Shown here: positions 55,261 through 64,000 of the stretch, in pieces | How the letters are laid out: the number at the start of each line of letters is the position of its first letter | Numbering within the stretch: position 1 is the stretch's first letter | Source: the human T2T-CHM13v2.0 reference genome, Homo sapiens | NCBI RefSeq assembly: GCF_009914755.1 | Contig: NC_060928.1 | Direction: 5' to 3' (one strand) | DNA length: 64,000 nt | Position numbers and translations under genes: made by a program | The notes under the pieces: model-generated | What the model was told of the DNA's origin: nothing | Database searches by the model: none | Seen by the model: the letters and a program-made list of their open reading frames with translations, nothing else

Positions 55261-56999
55261 CAGCATAAATTGTTGCTAGTGTAGTTTGGTCCTTCCTCAA
55301 GGGGACCCAGCTTCCACTTCATTCAAAGGGTTTTGGGTCTGTAAACTGGCTTAAGTCTGGAAATTGACTGAGGGGCCATGATTCTATTTTTATAACTCAA
55401 ATTAGTCTTTTGTTCGTTTGACCTAGAAGTTTTCTGCCTATACAAATTAAATAGGAATGGAATAGGCTTCTATCAATTTCACTTCTAGGAATACCGTGAT
55501 CAATTAGCCAATGCCAGAGCTCTACACAAGTCAGACTATTCTGATTGCTGCTTTACCTCTACTGTCCATTACGGTAGCTATGCTCCCCTTGCCTTTGATG
55601 GTTGAGTGCCACCACTTGGCCCCTGCCACCTCGAGATCCAATTATTCCCATTGTATTTAAATTTTATAGTTGAGTGACTGTGGTTCCCACTGTTAGGTCT
55701 GACATACAGAGAAGAGCAATTACAGGGCTCTTCAAAGATGCAGGTTCTGCCCTCACAAATCTATTTCAGAAGGCATTGGTCAAGGGTGTATCTTCTGGGC
55801 CTTCCCAGCTGGGATGAGCAGGTGTAAAGTGACTAATCCACTCCACCATCCCAATCTCCCCAAGCCTCTGGATCCCTTCCTCTAAATTAAGCCAAAGGAG
55901 ATCAGGCATTTCTAGCTCGCTCACAGTGGGGGCAATCTTTTAATCCATATTTCAGCTAACCAAGCAAGTAAACTATTAGAACCTTTTTTAACTGCTTGAG
56001 CTGCAACATTAAATGCAGAGTCCCTACTTACTGGGCCCAAATCAGTAAATTCAGCCTGATTCAACTCTACATTCCTTCCACCATTATCCCAAACCCTTAA
56101 TATCCATTTCCATGCCTGTTCTCCAGATTTTTGCTTATATAAATTAGAAAACTCAAGCAGTTCTTATCAAATGTAGCACACCTCCTCATGGGGCCTCTGG
56201 GGCCCACCTAGACTTTAGTCTAGTTATAGGTCTAGAAGCAAACAGGGGTGTTGGGGGTGGCTCCTGGTGAGAATCAACATTATCTTGCCTGGCAACTCCC
56301 TCAGGGGAGGCCATCACTGTTTTGGCCTCAGGCAGTACAGGGTTTATCTCCTCAGATGAAAGTGGAAAGGCTGATGGCAGCATGAGTCAGGAAGGGGATA
56401 TTGCCACTACTAGGGATAGGGAAGCTGTTTCTTCTGGCAAAAAATGTTCACCAGAGTTTACAAACTCAGTGCCCCGAGATTCATCAGTGTCCTCCCACAC
56501 ATCCCCATTCCATGTTGGAGGATCATTCTTTTCCATTCAATGCCCTCACTTTAACAGCAGACACCTGGTGAAGCTGTGCATGCACCTTTCATTGCAGGTC
56601 AGCCACTTGCATGATTAGAGCTTGTGTCTTTTTTTCCACAATTTCAGCTCTTTCTCTACAGGAGATAAGATTCCAACTCAGGACAATCTTAGCAGATTTG
56701 AGGCTCAGTATCTGCTTCTAAAGCCAGGAGTTAGAATCCCTGAGTTCATCATTTTCTTTCATCACTTTGTCCACTGAACTTAGGAGCAACCAATCAGCTT
56801 TATTATATTCCTTGATTCTTCACACATAATCAAACGTTTTATGTATAGAGTCACTAAACTACCTGCCTCTCACGAGCAGTGAATCAGAAATGTCAAATGC
56901 ATTTATTTTGCATAACTCTCTAAACAGTTAACAGCAAGGATTATCAGTGTTCTCCATACTATTGGAAGTAGAGTTCTTAGCATTTTTGGGTCTAATCAT
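55261..56999 (-). pseudogene. gag: HERV-L gag (Fv1-related family), disrupted
   Basis: ATG ATT AGA CCC AAA AAT GCT (MIRPKNA) at 56999; PPPTPLFASRPITRLKS; MHR-like WILRVWDNGGRNVELNQAEFTDLGP near 56035-56110. Confidence 0.8.
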
Positions 57000-57065
57000 A
57001 TTAAGTAGCCAACTCCAGAAACCCCCAAAACAATAAAAGAATTCATCCTTAATATTGTTTCTCTA

Positions 57066-57083
57066 GAACCACTCCTGGTACCA
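57066..57083 (-). other. Primer-binding site, tRNA-Leu-like
   Basis: The minus strand reads TGGTACCAGGAGTGGTTC 5 nt after the 5' LTR, similar to the complement of the tRNA-Leu(CAG) 3' end (TGGTGTCAGGAGTGGGAT). Confidence 0.8.
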
Positions 57084-57127
57084 AAATCTGTATTAGTCAG
57101 GGGTTCTGTAAAGGAACAGAACTAATA

Positions 57128-58769
57128 GTGTGTGTGAGTTTATATATATTTATGTAAATATATTTATACAATATTTATATATATATTATATAAATATATT
57201 TATACAATATTTATATATATTGTATAAATATATTTATATAATATTTATATATATATTGTATAAATATATTTATATAATATTTATATATATTGTATAAATA
57301 TATTTATATAATATTTATATATATATTGTATAAATATATTTATATAATATTTATATATATAAATATATTTATATAATATTTATATATATAAATGTATTTA
57401 TATAATATTTATATATATAAATGTATTTATATAATATTTATATATATTTATACATATAAGTAATATTTATAATATATATAATATTTATAAAATATATATA
57501 ATATATTTTATAAATATATATTTATTAAATATATATAATATATTTTATAAATGTATATTTATATAATATATAATATATTTAATACATATATATAATATAT
57601 TTAATAAATATATATATTTATAAAATATATTATATAAAATATATATTTTATATATTATATATTTATAAATATATAATATATAAAATATATATTTTATATA
57701 TTATATATTTATAATATATAATATATAAAATATATATTTTATATATTATATATTTATAAATATATAATATATAAAATATATATTTTATATATTATATTTT
57801 ATAAATATATATATTTTTATAAATATATAATATATAAATATATTATATGATATATATATTATATATTATATTATATAATATATAAATATATATATTATAT
57901 ATATTTATATATTATATTATATAATATATAAATATATATTATATATATTATATTATATAATATATAAATTATATATTATAATATAATATATAATATATAT
58001 ATTTATATATTATATTATATAAATATTATATAAATATAATATTTATATAATATAATATATGTAATATATATTATGATATATAATAAGTAATATATATTAT
58101 ATATAATATATAATAATATATAATAAATGCTATAATATATATTATATAAATAAAATATAAATATATATAATATATAATATATTATATATAAGATATTAAT
58201 ATAAATATATTATATAAATATATTTATATAATATATAATACATATAATATATAATAATATGTAATACTATATAATATAATATATAATATATATTATAATA
58301 TATAATAAATAATATAATATATAATATATATTATATAAATAAAATATATATAATATATAATATATTAATATATATAATATATAAGATATATGATACATTA
58401 ATATTAATATATATAATATATAATATATATGATATATTAATATAATATATATAATATATAATATATTAATATAATATATATTGATATATTAATATAATAT
58501 ATATAATATATAATATATTGATATATTAATATAATATATAATATATAATATATTATATAATATATAATATATCAATATATTATATAATATATTAATATAA
58601 ATATATAATATATAATATATTAATATAAATATATAATATATAATATATTAATATAAATATATAATATATTAATATATATATGATATATTAATATAAATAT
58701 ATGATATATTATATATATTTATATATGAGTTTTTATGTATGAGTCCATATGTGTATATATATATAATCA

Positions 58770-58801
<32 letters not shown>

Positions 58802-58820
58802 GTATACATATATATATATG
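57128..58820. repeat. ~1.7 kb compound AT-rich mini/microsatellite
   Basis: Almost exclusively A/T from 57138 to 58726; successive units such as tatttatataatatttatatatattgtataaata, then tataaaatatatatttttatatattatatatttataaatatataa, then tatattaatataatatatataa; (TG)n at both ends. Confidence 0.95.
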
Positions 58821-59015
58821 AGTTTAGTAAGTATTAACTCACATGATCACAAGGTCCCACAATAGGCCATCTGCAAGCTGAGAGCTGAGGAGCAAGGAGA
58901 ACCAGTCTGAGTCCCAAAACTGAAGAACTTGGAGTCTGATGTTTGAGGGCAGGCAGCATCTGTTCACGGGAGAAAGATGTAGATCAGTCTAGCCTTTTCA
59001 TGTTTTTCTGCCTGC

Positions 59016-59051
59016 TTTATATACTGGCTGCCCTGACAGCTGATTAGATTG
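59016..59051 (-). promoter_or_regulatory. Candidate LTR promoter: TATA box plus DUX4-like site
   Basis: Minus-strand TATATAAA at 59016-59023; tgattagattg at 59041-59051 matches 10/11 of TGATTAGATTA; activity not demonstrated. Confidence 0.5.
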
Positions 59052-61603
59052 TGCCCACCCAGATTAAGGGTGAGTCTGCCTTTCCCAGCCCACTGACTCA
59101 AATGTTAATCTCCTTTGGCAACACCCTCACAGACACACCCAGAATCAATACTTTGCATCTTTCAGTCAAATCAAGTTGACACTCAGTACTGACCATCACA
59201 CTATGGTTTTTTTTTTTTTAACCTTTTGAACATATAGATTTTTATATATTTAACAATTTAAGAACACACAGTTTCTCAAATATTCATGGTTTTGATAACT
59301 TTCTACCTGCAAGGGGTTATCCACATCCCAAGAAAGCATTATGGAATGGAATCTATGATTGACACAAATATAATGATGTATTAATTTTTATCAATAAAAT
59401 GGGTATCTTTTGCTGTCATCTTACTCTAAAAATTTTAGTGAAATATCCTAGGAAGAACAACTTCAAATAAAGGGAAAAATGCATTGCCAATCATTACTAG
59501 GAAAATTGTTGATTGCTGATAAGCTATTTCTTAAATTCACATATATAAGAGAGAATAAAGGCTGTATCTTAAAGTATTTGATCAAATCAGTTTTATGAAT
59601 TATTAAATCAGAATATTCTGCTTCTTCTGACTGTTGGTTAGAAGAAATCACGACAGGTGAGTCAATCGTATTCCACTTATTACCTATGGTGTTTGCAGAT
59701 CCTCCTCAAATTCTGTACAGTTAAGGGCATCAATTGGGAAGAAAGATAAAGAAAAACAAAATAAGCTGTTGATCACTTTGAAAAAGGCAAATTTCCATGC
59801 AAAACGAGGCACCTTTGCTTTCACAAGGAAGGATTAAGTAAAATTTAAAACCCATTTTGCCCAACGCACTCTGCTTTCTCACATTCAAGCTCCTGTAAAG
59901 TTCAGTAGAAATGCAATCCTTAAGTTTTTTATTTATTTTCAACTAATTCAGCACAACAGTGTTTTGCAAGCACTTTCTGATGTCAGAGAAACATGTTGTT
60001 TTGTCTCTAAAAAGCCATTTTCTGTTGAAGCAGGAAGTCACTAATTGGCATAAAGAACAAAACACTCTACTTTTCAAAACGTGATTTAAACCTTCAAAAT
60101 GAATTAGTTTAAAATTGTCTAAATATAATTGTTTTGCCTATCATTTTAATTAAAATATTTGAAAACGTTCTTATCTCAAACACCTGGTGTATTTTACAAA
60201 AGAAAGACTATTTGCAGGGATTGCAAGGATGGATAGAGAGAGTAAACAATCATTTTAAAATGTATTTTGAATGCAATGGGACAGAGGTTTTAGAATACTT
60301 AAGTCTTACCCATTTTGAGGCCTGGCTTTACTCAAAATATATTGTTTTAGCAGTGTGTGGGTGCTTTGAGTAGTGGTATTTATCTTACTGCTTTTCACTT
60401 CATATTCTCATTCTAACACATTTCATGTTAAAAGAACCATAGAATTATGGTTTCTCTAGTATATGCCTTTAACATGCTTTCATTATTAGCTGCTATGATG
60501 TCAGTTCATAAGTTGTCATCTACGAGCACTTCAGACATTCCCTCCACCAACTTAGAAGCTCCCAAATACACTCCATTCTTTCTGCCATCAAAAAGTATTT
60601 GATATTTGAAACCTATAGTATATAGAAGAAATTCTGGAAAACTTATCAATATTTGAAATAGGTCTCATCCTGCCTCTTTTTCATTGCTTTCTATCTCCTT
60701 CACTAAGCATAATTTGAAAGAGAGTATTTGTGTTTCTCTCGATTTTTCTGAAGTATAAACAAGTAGTGCCCATTTAATTTTGGTAAATTTCATACATTTT
60801 AAAAATTGCACCATCAATAATACAATATGTAAGAAATTGCATTCCATATTGTGACACTTGCATTACTAACTTGTATAAATTTTAGTAACTCCTTTATAGT
60901 GAAATCTCTCATTAACATTAAATTAGAACCTGGAAACAGCTGTACTTTATTGACAAAAAGTTAAAAGTCAGGGAAGCTCATATAAATGACGTACTTTCAA
61001 AAGTAGGGTTAAACATCATGCAATAGAATAAATAGGGATTCAGCTCAACTTTTTTCATCAACTGTATATTAGAGTTTAAATAAATTTTTCCAATTCACAT
61101 ATCTCATCAGTGATGGGAAGATAATTCAAACCAAATTTGTTCGACTCCAAATTCCATTTATGTTTTTTCTTATTCCACAAACATTTAAGTGAATCTAGGC
61201 TTGTGGGAGAATTCAAAGCCTCTTTTAGGAATTAGATGTGTACCAATAATTACAATACAGTGCAATAAGGGTAATTATTAACATACATACAGATACAGAA
61301 ACATCATCAACAAAGTGGCTGATGCTGCCTGGGTAAATCAGAGAAGATCTCACAAAGAAACTATTGAAATGTATTTTGAAACATTATTAGGATTTTGTTG
61401 AGGAAATTAATAATTGAAAGAATTATTATCAAAATATTAAGGTATTTCAAAATCTGTGTACAAAAGCTTCACAGCCTGGATCATAGGGTGTATACCAAAC
61501 TGGATCATAAGCTAGATCAAAGGCACATCTAAAGCCCAGCTAAGAGGTTGAAGAGGAAAGTGAAAGTTAGAGCAAGGGGAAGTTTACATTTATCTTATAG
61601 ACC

Positions 61604-61795
61604 AGCTTCCTCCAATAGAAACATGACACCAGTTACATATGCAACGTTAAACTTTCTAGTAACCATATTCAAAAAGAAGAATAAAAGCTAGTAAAATTAA
61701 TTTTATTATTTAATATACAGAATATACTACATTATATTTTAATATAATGTATAATATATATTTTATTTAACTAAATATCTATAAAATATTATATT
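61604..61795 (+). mobile_element. MER33-like hAT-Charlie fragment
   Basis: cagcttcctccaatagaaa...ttttctagtaaccatatt-like start...aattaatttt...tattttatttaac. Confidence 0.65.
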
Positions 61796-61804
61796 TTCTG
61801 CAAC

Positions 61805-63085
61805 GTTTTTATTGTGGTAAGGTACACATAACATACAATTTGCCGTCTTAATTATTTTTCAGAGTATAGTTCAGTGGTGTCTTAGTCTGTTTGTGCTGTT
61901 ACAACAAAATACCAAGACTGGTAATTTATAAAGAACAGAAATTTATACCTTAAGGTTCTGGGGGACATCCAAGATCACTCAGTGTCTGGTGAGGACCTTC
62001 TTGTGTCCTCACATGGTGGAAGAAAGAAGAGCAAAAGGGCTTTGTGTAAAGCCTCTTTTATAAAAGTTGTAATCCCATTCAAGAAGGAGGTGGAGGCGCT
62101 GTCATGACCTAAGCACCTCCTCAAGGCTCCATCTCTTAATACTATTGCATTAGAGATTGTTTCAAGGTGAATTTTGGGGGACACATTCAGAACACAGCAA
62201 GTGGTATTAAATATAGTCACAATGTACAACCATCACCATCCATCTACGTAACTCATTTAATTTTGTAAAATTGAAATTTTATACCCTTAAACAACATTTC
62301 CCAATTCCCATTATCCCCTGGAAACCACCATTCTACTTTCTGTCTCTATTATTTCACTATTCCAAGTAGCTTATATAAGTGGAATCATCTGGTATATTTG
62401 TCATTTTGTGACTGGCTTGTTTCACGTAGTGTGATATCCTCAAGGTGCATTAATGTTGTAACATGTGTCAGAATTTCCTTTCTTTTTAAGGTTGAATAAT
62501 ATTCCATTGCATGTTTATACCACATTTTGCTTATCCATCCATCCTTCAATGGACACTTGAGTTTCTTCTACATTGTATCTATTGTGAATAATGCTGCTAT
62601 AAATATGGGTATACAAATATTTCTTTGAGATCCTGTTTTCGATATGTAATAACTTTATCTCTTATAAACTTTTTTATTTAAAGTCTATTTTGTGTGATAT
62701 TTGTATAGCTACCCTCCTCTCTTTTGGTTATAATTTGAATTAAATGTCTCTTTCCATCTTATCACTTTTAATCTATTTGTGTCTTCGGATCTAAAATGAG
62801 TTTTACAGATAGGATTAATTACATAATGAGTTTTTATCTGTTCAGCTAATTTCTGTCTTTTTGACTGGAGAGTTTAATCAATTTACATTTAAAGTAATTA
62901 CTGATAAGGAGAGACTGGTGTCATTTTGTTATGTGTTTTGTATGCCTTATAGCTTTTATGTTCCTCATTTTTTGCATTACTGTCTTTTTTGTGTAGTTGA
63001 TTTTTTGGAGTGAATCATTTAATTTCCTTTGGGATTTCCTTTTGTGTACGTTCTATAGCTATTTTCTTTGTGGTTATCATGGGCA
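61805..63085 (-). mobile_element. L1MB 3' end joined to an L1M ORF2 fragment, interrupted by an MST LTR
   Basis: ttttattgtggtaa...acataacatacaattt; ttgtgactggcttgtttcac; gactggagagtttaatcaatttacatttaaagtaattactgata. Confidence 0.75.
61878..62199 (-). mobile_element. Solo MST-type MaLR LTR
   Basis: tgtcttagtctgtttgtgctg...ggggacacattcagaacacagca; perfect 5-bp TSD agtgg at 61873-61877 and 62200-62204. Confidence 0.9.
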
Positions 63086-63512
63086 TTAAATGCATTATTA
63101 TAATTTCCATTTTATAAATATAAAATTGATGCAAAAGGAGCTACACTGTTCATTATCTTTATTGAAATTTTTATTTTGAGAACACAAGCATAAATCAGGA
63201 AGAAATATTTAGGTTTTATATTTAAAAGAAAATTTGAGAATGAAATCTATTATAAATAATATTGAGAGAGATAAAAGTCACTTCTACAAATTTTCACTAT
63301 ATTCTTTGTAACTCTCTTATCAGAGTAAAATTTTTGTCATCACACATAATTTAAAAGAAAGGAACCACAAAACTTCAGAGGAAAGTGAAATAAATAGGTA
63401 TTTTTTCCACTGAATTAAATGCTTTATCAAAGCAGGAACTATATCACTTTCATTCATAAAATAAATAATTTTAAATTGAAGCAAATACATTTAACAAATG
63501 AAGTAGCAATTA

Positions 63513-63932
<420 letters not shown>

Positions 63933-64000
63933 GACACTGTCTTAAAACAATGAAGAAAGAATATCTCTGCACTCAAGGATTTCATAATATACTATGGCAG

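Larger units (their letters stand above)
51087..59200 (-). mobile_element. Near-full-length HERV-L provirus (MLT2A1-type LTRs)
   Basis: Two homologous LTRs, PBS, PPT and a 5.5-kb internal gag-pro-pol-dut region with no env; candidate TSD gtaca / ctatg (CpG-decayed). Confidence 0.95.
57089..59200 (-). mobile_element. HERV-L 5' LTR (MLT2A1-like), expanded to 2.1 kb by an AT array
   Basis: tgtattagtcaggggttc...gaactaatag [AT array] gagtttagtaagtattaactcac...gaccatcaca. Confidence 0.92.

Overview
AT-rich, CpG-poor primate (most likely human) genomic DNA, intergenic or deep intronic, made up largely of transposon relics. I find no intact protein-coding gene: the supplied ORFs are retroelement fragments, repeat artefacts or chance ORFs. 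The main feature is a near-full-length HERV-L provirus on the minus strand (51087-59200) with two MLT2A1-type LTRs, a tRNA-Leu PBS, a PPT and decayed gag, pro-pol and dUTPase. Its 5' LTR is stretched by a ~1.7 kb almost pure A/T compound minisatellite, and the two LTRs differ in poly(A) signal and DUX4-like sites. Other notable items: a tailless U2 snRNA 5'-fragment retropseudogene with TSDs, two twin-primed L1 insertions (one only ~72 bp), a young L1PA2/L1HS-like stub, several fold-back hairpins, a palindromic 36-bp minisatellite, solo LTRs with TSDs, and a speculative 15-nt microexon at 59642-59656. I cannot support a wholly new biological system here. Subfamily names come from recalled consensus sequences, and boundaries of old repeats are approximate until RepeatMasker/Dfam is run.
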